This document shows, piece after piece, positions 13,407-25,500 of a stretch of 64,000 bases of DNA. This DNA is from Vicugna vicugna. Its lineage: Eukaryota. How positions within the stretch are numbered: the first letter of the stretch is position 1; every line of letters starts with the position of its first letter. The stretch spans positions 3,397,967 through 3,461,966 of the forward strand of contig MU058636.1 in NCBI GenBank assembly GCA_013265495.1. Reading direction: 5' to 3'. The position numbers and the translations under genes were made by a program. A model generated the notes under the pieces. It did no database searches, had not been told where the DNA came from, and saw nothing but the letters and a program-made list of their open reading frames with translations.

Positions 13407-13546
13407 GGGGGAAGGTATATAGCTCAAGTGGTAGAGTGTGTGCTTAGCATGTACAAGGTCCTGGGTTCAGTCCCCAGTACCTCCCTTAAAATCAGTGAAG
13501 AAATAAACCTAATTACCTTCCCCCTCCAAAAAAAAAAAAAAAGAAA
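13407..13546 (+). mobile_element. Camelid tRNA-derived SINE (Vic-1-like) with perfect 14-bp TSD
   Basis: A box (tagctcaagtgg), B box (gggttcagtccc), A-rich tail; GAAAAAGCACACCA at 13393-13406 and 13547-13560. Confidence 0.92.
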
Positions 13547-14399
13547 GAAAAAGCACACCATAGTCTTGTTCACACTTTTGTCTGTCTGTCCATACCACAA
13601 TAACTCCTGACTATCCAAAATGCCCTAGTAGTTACAAACAGATAATTCACTTCCTTTCCCAGCTATTGAGAGCTAAAATCATTCTCCTTGGGACCAATAC
13701 CATGTCTTACCTAGAAAGACACTCAGAAAGCAACATTTAAGATTATTTATAAGCTCATCAGGCATGCGAATAAGAAAAGTTAGGTACATTTTGATCATTC
13801 TTAGGATGCTCTCAGAAAATGACAGGATTCCCATGACATCAAAGTCTTTCTCCTCTAAATCTCACATATTCTGTTCCATCTTTCAGAAAATGGGCATCAC
13901 CATTTCTACAAACTGAATGCCATTATCACATGAAAAACACTGAAAATGCGTTCACATGTCGTTATTTTAAAAATTGATTCGTCTTTTTTTTGGTATTTTT
14001 ATTTTGTATTTTATTTATTTAAATTATTTTGGTAGGCTATATTCAAAAATGCTTTAATGAGAAAGAGATGGGCTGATGTGGGACAATCTCCCAAAATTTC
14101 AGAATGGAAAAAGTCTTCAGTATTAATGAATTCAACTTCCAAACAATGTCCCTGACAAGTGGCTTCTTCAGTATGTGTGTCCTCAGGTGTGAAGGTATGC
14201 TCCCAAAGGCCCACCCTTTCCGACTCTGAGAAACATTTCCTAACCCAGAGCCTGAGATTCTCGAAGCTTCTGTCCTCAGCATCCACTCGTCCCTCTAGCC
14301 CGGCCACACAGGAAAAGCCTCGTCCATGACATAGCTCCTTCAGTATCTGAGAAGCTCCCAGAGGCTTTACTCTTGTAGGTTTGCAGCAGGGCCTCGCTT

Positions 14400-14865
14400 T
14401 CTGCATCGAGTCTGTTAAAAATTGCTCAGTGAGGTGTATCAGGAGCAAGGGACAAAAGAGGGAACCAGACAAAGCCCCAGCCCTCCTGGGACCCCTCTTC
14501 TATTGAGAAAGACAGAAAACAAACAGTTAAACAAGTAAATGTATAATGTCACATCAGTAAAGATAAAACCACTGAAGGAAAAGCAAGTTCAGAGACTGGG
14601 AAGGGGAGTGCTTCTCTGGGAGGTAAGGGAATCTTCATGAGGAGGTGACATCTGAGCAAAGACCTGACTGGACTGTGGGGATGAGCCACATGAATGTGGG
14701 GGCGGGGGGAGGAGCAGCAAAGGCCCCGCAATGAGAGATGTGTGAGGTCTGAGGAATATCAAGGTTAGCGATGCTGAAGTGCAGACAGCAGGGGAGCGGG
14801 CAGAAGTGAGGTCTGAGAGGCAGCCAGGAGTCCTGTGGCCTCAATGGGGCCTCACTGCAGGATTG
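14400..14865 (-). mobile_element. L2 LINE fragment
   Basis: gacaaagccccagccctcctgg...aaacaagtaaat...gaggaggtgacatctgagcaaagacctga...gcaaaggccccg. Confidence 0.8.
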
Positions 14866-14879
14866 TGACAGGATTTCAA

Positions 14880-15630
14880 GACCCCTTCCATCTTAGTTGC
14901 TGTCTTCTCTATTTTTCTGTCTGGTCAAAGTCTCTGTAAAAGGTAGTAACCCAGAATTGCCTCCAATATTCCAGGAGAGGCCTAACTTGCAGAGTAGAGC
15001 AGTACCATCCCCTCCTTTATTCTAGACATAATATTCCCATTAATAAGATCTGAGACCTCCCATATTGCACTTTAGGGAGCCACTTATTGAGTTGGCTGTT
15101 TCCTTTTGCACATTGCACTCTTAAACCACACTCCTCCTGAGTTTCTTCCCCACCTTCATGCTCCTGCCCCCTGGCCTAACACCAGCTGGTATCATGGAGC
15201 TTCAGGAAACATCCTAGAAGCCAAGTGGTGCCTACTCATCACAAGGCCTTTCTAGACACATTTTTGTATTTGCTTCATCCTGGTTCCACTTAAACACGCT
15301 AGGTTCCAAACATCCTAGACTTGTTTGGATGGCTTTTGAAGGCCCAATGGTAGAATACTTCCCTATTAAATTCTGACTTATTAGATTTGGCACATTGTTT
15401 CAGTTTTTCAAAATATTTTGGGACCCTGGTTCTGGCATCTTAATGTATAAGCTATTCCTCCCATCTCTGCCATCAACAGATTTCCTCAGGATATCATTTA
15501 TAACAACACTGTACCGAGGGCAGCTGAAGATGGGGTCCTGTGGCAAGTCAACGGAGACCTCCGTCAAAGTTGGAATGGGTCTATTATCAAGACTTTGGGG
15601 AAGTGATTGTTCAACCAGCTGTAAATCAGT
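14880..15630 (-). mobile_element. CR1/L3 LINE relic (RT region), in two pieces (~14880-15120 and ~15360-15630)
   Basis: Minus-strand ORF 15400-15747 contains TEVSVDLPQDPIFSCPRYSVVINDI, resembling the CR1 RT motif REVSSGVPQGSVLGPVLFNIFINDL. DNA ccagaattg...ttccagga...gcagagtagag and ttgttcaaccagctgtaaatc resembles L3 antisense. Confidence 0.75.
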
Positions 15631-16659
15631 CCAGTTTGCCCTATACCGACCCCATATCTCTCCATTAATCAACAAAGACACTATAAGAGGTTTTTGTCTA
15701 ACATACTGAGATGTGTACGTACCACCTTGACCTTCCAGCCCAACCATGCTGTGAAAGAAGGAAATGAAGTTCTAATTACACCTCGCAGTTGGTGTTTTCT
15801 TTGGCATCTCTCTTTTACCAACGCTAGACATTTCCTCCTTGCCAGAGGCTCACCTAACATCAGACATTGCCACACCTAGAAACTTCCTTCCTTCTTTTTT
15901 ACTATAACTGTACAATGTAGTTTTGTCTTCCTAAGTGCATTGTACACGTTACTGAAATGTTGTGTCAGTTGTGATCACCTGAATCACATTTTAAGCATCT
16001 GATGAACTGTTCATCTCATTAATAAAGCAGTCAATAAGTCCAGTATTTCCAAAATGAAAAATCTATTTGAAATACAAGTATAATACTTTCTAATGTCGAT
16101 TTTGGTTCATCTCTACTGAGTTTTCTCAGAACATGCCATACCTTTAAACACAATGATAACTGACCAGGGCTACTGTAACTTGAATCACCAGTAAATCCAA
16201 TACCCCAAATCTTCAGACTCAGTAAAATACATAGTATTTGTCAGTAAAATAAATAGTATTTGTTTTAATTGGCAGCTCATGTGAAGAGAAACAAAAGCAG
16301 CTTCCATCTGGTTTTACACTGATCCTGTTATTTTCAAGTCATCATCGTTCCCCCTTTGCAAACTACATCACAAATCTCCACAAGGGCAAGGGTCCCATTT
16401 GTTGCGGCCTTTCCTTGTCTCCATGGAGACAGGTATCACACTTGGAACATGTATAACAGGTGCTCAATAAATGTTTCTTGCACAGATAAAATGAGGAATA
16501 AATGAATGTCTGTGTACAAAAATAATACTTTATCTATTAATCAAATGATTTTAGTTTTGCACATAGTGATCAAATAGAGACATGGCCAGTGCCTTCTAAA
16601 AAGGGACTCTGGCGGCAAACATCACCATCTCAGACACAAATGGACAGTAAGATTCTCGA

Positions 16660-17160
16660 TAGCACTTCTCAAACATTTTGGTCTCGGGAACCCTTTACAT
16701 TCATAAAAATTGTTGAGAACCCCAAAGAGCTTTTGCTTCTATAGGATATATCCATCAGTACTTACCATATTAAAATTAAAACAAAATTAAGCATTTATTA
16801 ATTCATTTAAAATAAAAGCAGTAAGTCCAAAGTACATCAACGTAATGTATGTTTCATGAAAATACATTTTCCAAAACAAAGACAAATTAGTGAGAGAAGT
16901 GAGATTATTTTTAAATTTCTGCAAATCTCTCGAAAGTCTAGCTTAGTAGAAGACAGCTGGGCTCTCATACCTACTTCTGCATGCAATCTGTGATCAGATT
17001 ACATGGCATGTAACCTCTAGAAAACTCCACTGTACACCCAGGAGAACGAGTGACAGAGGCAATGTCTCGGTACTATTTTGAAAATAGTCTTGATCTATGG
17101 GCTTCCTGAAAGGGTTCTGAGGACCCCAGGAGTCCCTGGACTGTATTTTGAGAACCACCA
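16660..17160 (+). mobile_element. MER119-like hAT-Charlie non-autonomous transposon
   Basis: ttctcaaacattttggtctcgggaaccctttac...ccccaaagagcttttg...tttgagaaccac; flanked by a degenerate 8-bp TSD ttctcgat/ttctagat. Confidence 0.75.
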
Positions 17161-17218
17161 TTCTAGATGTTTCCACTATTCTAGATGTTTCCACTATTCT
17201 AGAGTTCTTCTAGATGCT
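17155..17218. repeat. Short 18-bp tandem repeat (CCACTATTCTAGATGTTT) x~3
   Basis: Units at 17155, 17173 and 17191, plus a partial fourth TCTAGATG. Confidence 0.9.
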
Positions 17219-17751
17219 TAAATAATAATGGCTACTCCCTTCATGATACTTGCTTCTTTGCCTTGCGTATTAGAAAGTTCAGGCGAGGAATTAAGAGTCT
17301 GCCCCTCCCCGCCGCTGCTCAACTGCAACCTGTCTGCTACTGGGGCTCTCACTTCTTTTTTAGTGTTCATGGGTTTTTGTCGTATTTCTTCTGTGTTATT
17401 ATTAGAAGTTCCTTCCAATCCTTTCTGGAAGTACGCTGGGTACCTGAAAATATAGGTATGTGTGCGTGTGTACATATATACACACACACACACATATATC
17501 TATCTATATATATCAACACATACAAATTAAAAATTGATCCTTTATTTCATTTTCAGGATCTACCCCACTAACACACTTCATCAACAGAATGAAAATATAT
17601 GATCAGCACATGAAAGATTAAGACATTAAGATTGATTGACTGCACTTTCTTAAAGCCCAGAGGACAGGGGCTGAGCTGCAAGGAAACTGCTCTCTAAAAA
17701 AGACACTGCTTCATGATAGAGAATTTGTCACTCAAGAATTTAGGCAAATAA

Positions 17752-18059
17752 TGACTGGGACATTGTGCTGTACACCAGAGATTGACACATTGTAATTGAC
17801 TATACTTCAATTAAAAAAAAAAAGCAGGGAAAAAATAACTAACTAACTAAATGTTTAGGTTTTCAAAACCATGCTTGGGAAAAGGATTTAGACATTAATT
17901 TGTGAGTTTAAGTGCGTTGGTAGAATTGTAAATTTGTCTTTTTGATATTCAAAGTCTTGAGAGATTCAAATGTGACTATAGTTTGAAATATATTTATTAA
18001 TGTAATCAATGGTGTAAGTGATGTAATACATTAAAGATTTTAATCTGTGGGGGGAAAAA
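17752..18059 (+). mobile_element. 5'-truncated L1 3' tip plus ~230 bp of 3'-transduced sequence, bounded by an 18-bp TSD
   Basis: AAGAATTTAGGCAAATAA at 17734-17751 and 18060-18077. L1 tail tgctgtacaccagagattgacacattgtaattgactatacttcaatt + A11, then unique sequence, ATTAAA at 18030-18035 and a second A run. Confidence 0.82.
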
Positions 18060-18229
18060 AAGAATTTAGGCAAATAAAATCTCTATTGTGCTTGAATTAT
18101 CCCAGACTTCCACCTGCACCATACCACTTTTCTATATCAAAAACTAATTCTATGAAAGTCTGTAACAGTCACACTTTGGAAACGTCTGCCCACCCTACTT
18201 CCTCTCCCATCTGGGAGAACTGCCCCTCA

Positions 18230-18625
18230 ATCTGTCCCCGGGCGCCCTACCTGCTGCCACCTCGGTTGCATCAGGTTGTGCACCTGCTGCAAGCTGGGCC
18301 AGTCCCATTCTCCCTCCCGGGAATATGGTATTAGACTGATGACGGCCAGTCGCCTGGCTAATGCCTTCAGGAGAGATGTAACCTGGTAGCTGCAGTGGGA
18401 TCATCTCCCACCCAGTCCCGCACCCACAGAGAAGAAGAAATGAAAGTCGAATTCGGAGAGGGAGAGAGACTGGGGGCACAGACAAAGCTGGAGAAGGGGG
18501 ACTGCCTGGGTGCCTGGCAGCCATCTGCCCTTGGACTTGATGAAACCCTGCTTTATGACACATTTCCCATAAGGCTTAAGCCAGCTCAAGTTGACGACTG
18601 CAACCCAAAGGTCTTAAATGAGGCA
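18230..18625 (+). mobile_element. Old ERVL/MaLR LTR (MLT1K/L- or LTR16-like)
   Basis: caagctgggccagtcccattctccctcccgggaat...gcttaagccagctcaagttg...tgcaacccaaaggtcttaa. Confidence 0.6.
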
Positions 18626-21600
18626 AAGGCCACGCCAGAACCATCTGTGAGTATTTCTCGACAGCCTGGGCCCTTAAAGGACCCTGGAGAGTGCTGCAGG
18701 CCCTAAATACACACCTACTCTCTGAAGGCTTCCATCAGGCAAAAACATCTTTCCATCCAAGGCCAACGAGATTAGGAAATGCCATTTCATCCAGCTTTCC
18801 ATCCCCGGAGGGCAAAAGTACTGGAGTTGGCAATTGCTTCTGTGGTTTAGTATTGGCCGAGGGCGCACACCCAGTGACTTGAATGACAGAAGTCCCCAGA
18901 TGCCAGGGAGGAGGCTGGCCGTTATGTCTCCAACTACCGGCTGGTTCTCACTCCTCTAAATCAACGCTCACCAGAGGCCTGATCCTCTATGCTTGGCAGG
19001 ACGACCCACTTTTAAAAGTGCCAATTTTTAGCAGCTGGAAACAATAAACATAGAGGGAGGGGAAGATGCTGAAAGACTGATTTCTCTTTACCTGTTTGCA
19101 AAAGTCGAAAGACGCTCTAGGACTAGTGGGATGGCAAGGATGTCACGCCGCAGCCACGGAAAGCTGATGCAGCTCCCGCCCGGGAGCCGGAGCCGCTGTG
19201 TGATGGTCGGGTCATCAACACGCCTCCCTGGGCCTGGGTTTTCACAGCCTCGGAATGAGGAGGTTGAAGTAGATGGTCTTTAACAGTCCTTTCATCTTAA
19301 ACTTTCTACCATCTTTGTGAGCTGGAAAGATTTACACAGAACTTCATCTTGATTTTATTACTTGTAGTTCATCTTCTTGTGACGGAGCCAGCGGCAGCCC
19401 GTGCGTGGGGAAGTAAGTGGCTCGCTCGGGATGATTTAAGAGGCGCTGAAAACCCTGAGTACCTACCTCACTGTTCTGCCACAGCAAAGGCCCACAGCTT
19501 CCCTGTCCCAGAGCCAGCCCTGGGAGCGATGCACGGTCTGTAGATGGTCTCAGTCAAAAGGCAAACATCTACACTGCCCATGGTTTCTAACACAGCATCT
19601 CAGCCCAGACTTGCCGCCAGATTGCCTCGGAACTGTATCTGGAATGGTCTCCAGCACGATCGCCAGGAACGGTCTGGGGCACGGGGCACCGCAGTAGCAG
19701 CCATGCCCTGGGAGTGAGGTGCACAGGGGCACCCACAAGTAGCAAAGGGCTCCAAGACCAGATGAGGAAGCTGCTCAGGAGCCAACCGCACTGGCTTAGG
19801 GCGGTGGGCTGTCAGAGTCAATTAACTCACCTGAGTCTCTTCTCTTCAGGGTACTAGCAGGAAGGAGGAGGTTCCCTGACCACCCTCTGGAGAGGCGGGG
19901 GGTTCCTCCTCCATACAAGGAAAGCCTGACCTTAGGCCCCTGTGGGCTGTCATGACGAAAAGACTATGGAAATTGGCCCACCTGGAGAAAATGGCCCAAT
20001 TCTGCCTTGGAACAGGTGCCTGGAAACAGAAGCCCCTGCCATTGCAGGGGTTCACGGCTATTCCCATGCAAGCCCATGGAACCGGCTCCCTTCCTCGCTT
20101 GACTGTCTGCCTAATTAGCCGCAGACCCACGAGGGCATCCGTCCACCCCAAAACATAAGGCTTGGGTGTCAGGTTGTGCTAAGCCCCTTCTTGGTGGCTT
20201 CAGTTCTTAACCTGTAAATATGGAAGAAAGATAACCAGGAGGAGAACTTGCTACTGCTCCTCTGGGGAATTTCATCATCAGTAGGGGAGCTATATGAGGT
20301 TTAGTAATAAATGAGCCATCAGATGGCACACGGAGGTACTACTCTACAGCGCTTCTTAAACAGCAATCCCCCTGCACCGTATTGGACCTCATGTAAAACA
20401 TTATAATTGAGAAGCAGGCTTCCCACTGATTTTCTTAGATGGCTAGGCTTGTCGAATCTTGATCTCGTTTTTTGGGTGAGGATTAGGGTGTGTTCTGGTG
20501 ACTTATGAGTGTGTAGACATTAAGTAGAATTAAAGCAGTAATGGAAGCAAAAACAAAATCCTTACTGGTATCTTGAAATCTTCTGAAGAGAAACTACTGA
20601 AGAGCCTAAGAGAACCAGGTGTGTTTTTTATTTGCTGAGGATAAACAGGAAAGAGACCCACATTCTTAGAGGACCCCCATGTCCCATTACCATCACCACC
20701 CAGGCACCCACCTCCCTAGGCTCCAGAGTAAGTATCTTGTAAAAAATACCAAAGGGGCTGAGAATCCCAGTTTTTCCCAGCGGTTCTTCACAGCCCAGCA
20801 GAGATTTCTGTGTAGGTTGCAAGAAGTCCCATGAAACCTTCAAGTTTAGCTTGTTTTGCTGGTCTTTCCCTCTTTACTTTTGTCTATTTCATTTGTAGAA
20901 GAATGGGACTTTGGGGGGTTTTAAAAATCCTATTGGATAGTCCAATAATTTTGCACAGAGATACCAGCCTAGGGCCCAGGGAATTTCCCTAACAGGCCAC
21001 AAAGAGACTTGGGTTCACTGGAGACAACAGCTCCTTAAGGACTCACTCTGGCAAGGGTTTAGGAATTCAGAGATTCCTGCTAATGACAGGCTTCCTTAAC
21101 ATCCTCGGGGGTGAAGATGCACTGATTATGTCCATTGTGAAATACGAGCCTGAAAGAATTCAGAGCACATACCTACCAGCAAATCTATCTGCTTGTCCTC
21201 CAAACAAGGTGTGGGTTCAATCTGTGCTAAGGTGGGACCATCTGTCTTACACCAGCAAATACTATGGGTTTGGAGTCAGAGAGATGTGGGTTTGAGTCCT
21301 GGGTCGGCCGCTAAGAGCTGTGTGGCCAGGCCAAGTCATTTAGCCTATCCTTGCCTCAGTGTCCTCGAGTGCAAATTGGGAATAATACAGACTTACATGA
21401 TCGGGATCCACTGGTCTGCAGACGGAAAGGTGAGAAACAAAACCTTGGCCATCGTTTCTGGCAGCATAAGTACCATACACTTTTCTTTTGCCTGGGACTC
21501 CGATGTCCAGGCCACCTTGTCTTTACACGTCCCAGCCCCTGCGTGCACTCCTCACGTGAAACTCCGCCCCAAAGGACCCTCCGTCCCCAGCCCAGCGGAG

Positions 21601-21699
21601 CCAACTTGCTCCCTCGTTCTCTGGCCTCCCGCTCGCCTCTCTCCCTCTCAGTCCCATTTGGCTCCCACATTTTCTTCTCTTAACACAAGGTATTGCTGC

Positions 21700-22560
21700 C
21701 CTTTAATCCGCGTTCAACTTCAGGGGCAGAACCGCCGAGAAAGTGAGAAGAAAAGCAGAGGGCGCTGCCACCGCCCTTCCGTGAGCGCCGCGCTTGCCGG
21801 GCGCCGACGGACCGGGAGCGGCGAGCCGGCGCGGCCCGGGCTCCAGGGCGGCCCGGCCGCTGGAGCTGCCAGCAAACTTTTCCCGTCTGAATTCTTGACC
21901 CAGAGCCTGGGAACCACATTCGGCCCAAATCTGTGGGCTACGCCGAAACGAGGGAGCCGCCCGCAGCCCTGGGGGGCCGGGGGAGGGGAGAGAAGAGGAA
22001 AGGGATGCAGTGGGAGGAGGAGGAGGAAGGAGGAGGTGGGAGATGAGAGGAGGCGGGGGAGGAGACGAGCGGGGGAAGTTGGAGAAAGNNNNNNNNNNNN
22101 NNNNNNNNNNNNNNNNNNNNNNNNNNNNNNNNNNNNNNNNNNNNNNNNNNNNNNNNNNNNNNNNNNNNNNNNNNNNNNNNNNNNNNNNNNNNNNNNNNNN
22201 NNNNNNNNAAGGGAGTTAGGCTGTGGGGGGGAGGGGCGAGGTGGAGGAAGGAGGAAGTGGGGGGTAAGGGGCAGGGGAGGGTGCAGAGCCCTCCGGGCGT
22301 CCGGAGGACAGGCCTGCTAACTCTGCTCTTGGACAGCAGGCGCGCTTGGGAACAGGAGGTTGGCACGCGGAGCTTTCCTAAAACAGCGCTCCACCCCCAC
22401 CCAAAAAGCCCCAGTGAAGCCCGCCCCCCTCCCCGGGCCTCGGCGCAGCGGCGGCGGCAGCACGCGGGCTCGGGGCGCGGGGGGCGCTCCCTGTGGCCGC
22501 GGCCGGCAGTCCGGGAACTCGGCTCCGTCAGACTTCCGGGAAAGAGGCGGCGGCTTTTCT
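21700..22560. promoter_or_regulatory. CpG island without a coding gene, with central G/A-rich tract and assembly gap (22089-22208)
   Basis: CpG-dense flanks at 21720-21980 and 22290-22560; (GGA)n/G-run purine tract at ~21970-22280. Confidence 0.8.
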
Positions 22561-25500
22561 TCCCCAAAATCCACCAGGTTCATTGGATGTGCTTTTGTTT
22601 TACAGTGGAAAACTACAGTTAAAAAAAAAAAAAACCACAGCGATGAAAATAAGTGAGAGTAGAACCTGCCGGCTTCACTTCCTGGAGGCTTTCTGTTGGG
22701 TCTTGAAACTGGGAATCTTTGCGGGTCATCCTTGTAAGTGCCTTTTTCATCCGTTCACACTGGTGCTTGTCCGTCTCTGATGCGTTTAACATTGTTAGAC
22801 TGCTGACGTGGTGACATTGTGCTAAGTTGATTTGATGATGATTTCTGCTTTGATCGGTTAACATCGCCTCCCTTGATGACACGCCATAAATGCATACACG
22901 TTGCAAAAAGAAAGGCGCGGCGGGAGAGGTGTCTTTTTAACCCGGGCGGTAAAATACGTTATGAAAATACTCCCTAAAGCGCTGCCAGTACCGAGAGAGG
23001 GGAGCATTATTCAGGGCGTGTAAGTGTGAAGAACAACAGTAATTCACTGGCTAGTAAGTAGGCATTCTACATAAGTTAACAACCGGTAAATAATAAGGAC
23101 GAAAACCCTATTAGTTGTTCTAAACTTCCTGGTTTAGAACGTGTATCATTATATCATTTGTAGTAAATCACATTATCAGGTCTGTATGTGCAAGAGAGAA
23201 TGTCTGCTCTGAAACAGGGCAGCTTTAATGCTTAAGCACCAAGAAGTTCTTAAAAGATCTCCAAATGCAATCAGTTAATATAAAGCAGATGCAGTGTGGG
23301 GTGCTTACTAAAACTGAAGCTTCTGCCCCCAGAGAATTTACTCCATTTTTCTTTAAGATGAGGTGAACAGCCAGGAAATCATTTAATTTTAAATTGTCCA
23401 GTGCCGGTTGAAGATCACTACAAAACCAGAATGAGGCATCCCTGGGATGGTAAGTTAATAGAAAGGCCCAGTTCAATTTACAAAAATTTGGCCTTCAGTC
23501 TGTGTCTCATACACCTACATAAAATCAAAGACGATGTGATGCATGTTTTATTAAACTAAACGAGCAGTAGTGATAGAATATACCTTCATAAAAACAAGAT
23601 GCACAGATACATTTCACTAAACAATATCCCAGTTACTCCATGTAGCTTAAGTCCCTGGGATTTAGCTCCAGACCAGAGGTTGTAGGCTGGAGCCTACCTT
23701 GTTTTCCACACCTGTTTGTTTGCCCTTTGAATTTGTTACCTAGATTTAAAAATCAGGATATTTCACATGGGAAGCTGAACTTTTGGCTTCTCTGAAATCT
23801 GAGAAGACCTGGCCACCTGGGCGGGACTGTTAACTGGAGCAGAGCAGCAGTGTCAGATGTGACAGTCTGCACCTCCCCTGTTGTCCTCTTAAGGGACTTG
23901 TCTGCCCTGTGCATTGAGTTTTCGGCCCCTGACAAACCACTGCACCCAGCATTGGGCTTTTTTATAAGGATTATTCAAGTCGTAGGTGGTCTAGACACTC
24001 TGTCTAGGCCTAATGCATGTATAATTAAAACCTCAAATCTTGATTTCCAGAAATTCATCTTGACAGAGTCAACCAATCAGAAATGGGGGTCTATGTGCAT
24101 TTCCTAAAGACAGGCACTACAGAACGTCCGGGTTCCCTCTATTCTGCATTTCCCCAAATGCAGCAAGACATAGGGGAGCCTATGGTCTCAGGAATTAAAC
24201 CTGGTTTGGATTCCCACTCCATACTTGCTGTGCAGTGTTAGGCAACTTATTCACTATCCTTGAGCTTGTTTCTTTAAAAATAGGTATCATAAAACTACGC
24301 CTTTGGATTTTTGAGTATTAAGTTATTATATGTGAAAGCATGTTTGCAGTCTTTGGTCCACAGGAACCACCCACAATGCTAATTTCTCATGCCCTTGGGA
24401 TTTCAGTTACTAACGCAGGTACTTGAGAGAGACTTCTTACTAGATCTTTTTACTTGTCTACAAAATCCGACTTTAGTAGAATCCAAACTTTGGTGTGCAG
24501 AAGACTTGCCTGGATATTTGCTTACAGTAACTAGTTTCGGGGTCCCTTTCCCAAGATTTTGATACAGGAAGTCCCAAATAGGGCCCCGGGATTTGACATT
24601 TTAACGTTTAATCCTGGGGTACAAATCTCAGCCCCGATTCTGACAGTCCCGGTTCTGGACTGGCCCTGGTCGTTCAAGTCAGTAAGGTGGAGCTGAAGGA
24701 AGGAAGGCTGGTCCCAGCCAGCATGCTGATCCCACAGGGAGCTCAGATGCCTCCCTGCGTCCCTGTTACCAGCTAATCAGTTGACAGGCATTTATTGAGC
24801 ACCTGCTAGAAGTGCACTGCGCCAGCACCAGGCACGCAGATGAGGTGGTTCCAGCCCGCAGGGAGCTCAGGGAACTAACTTCCAAGGCCAGCCTGGTATT
24901 TTGGTCCCAGTTTCCGCCTTTCCTACCACCCATCATTTAATACCATCTCAAATGACAGTATTCCCAGGATGCTCCCTGATGTCATCAGCGCCCCCCTGCC
25001 CCAAGCACTGGGGATTCCCGTGCCGCACTGCAGCGACTTCTTCACCTGAGGACACTTAGCAGACCACTGCTTTGGTGCTCATTAGATATTTGTAGAATTT
25101 AATTTCCTTGGACAAATCTGTCTTCTGAAACTTAGTTTATGTTCATTCATTCATCCAATATTTATGAGCCAGGAACTGTTCCAGGAGCTGCGAATACGGC
25201 CACGAGCAAATGTAGAATCCCTGCCCACGTGAAACGTGTGTTCCGGTTGGAGACGACAGGCCGTATAAACCACCTGCTTGGACTCTTGTGTACTCCACTG
25301 TTGTCTGCACCCTGACATCTGCTGCGGTCTCGTTTGCTCTGATTGCTCCCTCAGTTCCCTGCCAGGTAGACTTCTTCCCCAGCCCTGGCCTATACAGCCC
25401 TTACTCAGCTGCAATTCTGTCTGCTGCCGGAGAGCAAACCGCTTCTCTCATTGCATCTCGAATCAAAGTGTCTGCCTATCTCCTCTAGGCCTTAATCAAG

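Noticed and set aside
13407..13490. tRNA-like A/B boxes (also at 32904, 43045, 58751) as tRNA genes
   Set aside because: A-rich tails, TSDs and multiple diverged copies identify them as SINEs, not tRNA genes.
17155..17218. Short direct repeats as a CRISPR-like array
   Set aside because: No unique spacers and a eukaryotic context; an ordinary tandem repeat.
21193..22320. 375-aa plus-strand ORF
   Set aside because: Runs through a MIR, a GC-rich island and an N gap; low-complexity G/R content with no recognisable domain. Long ORFs are expected in stop-poor GC DNA.
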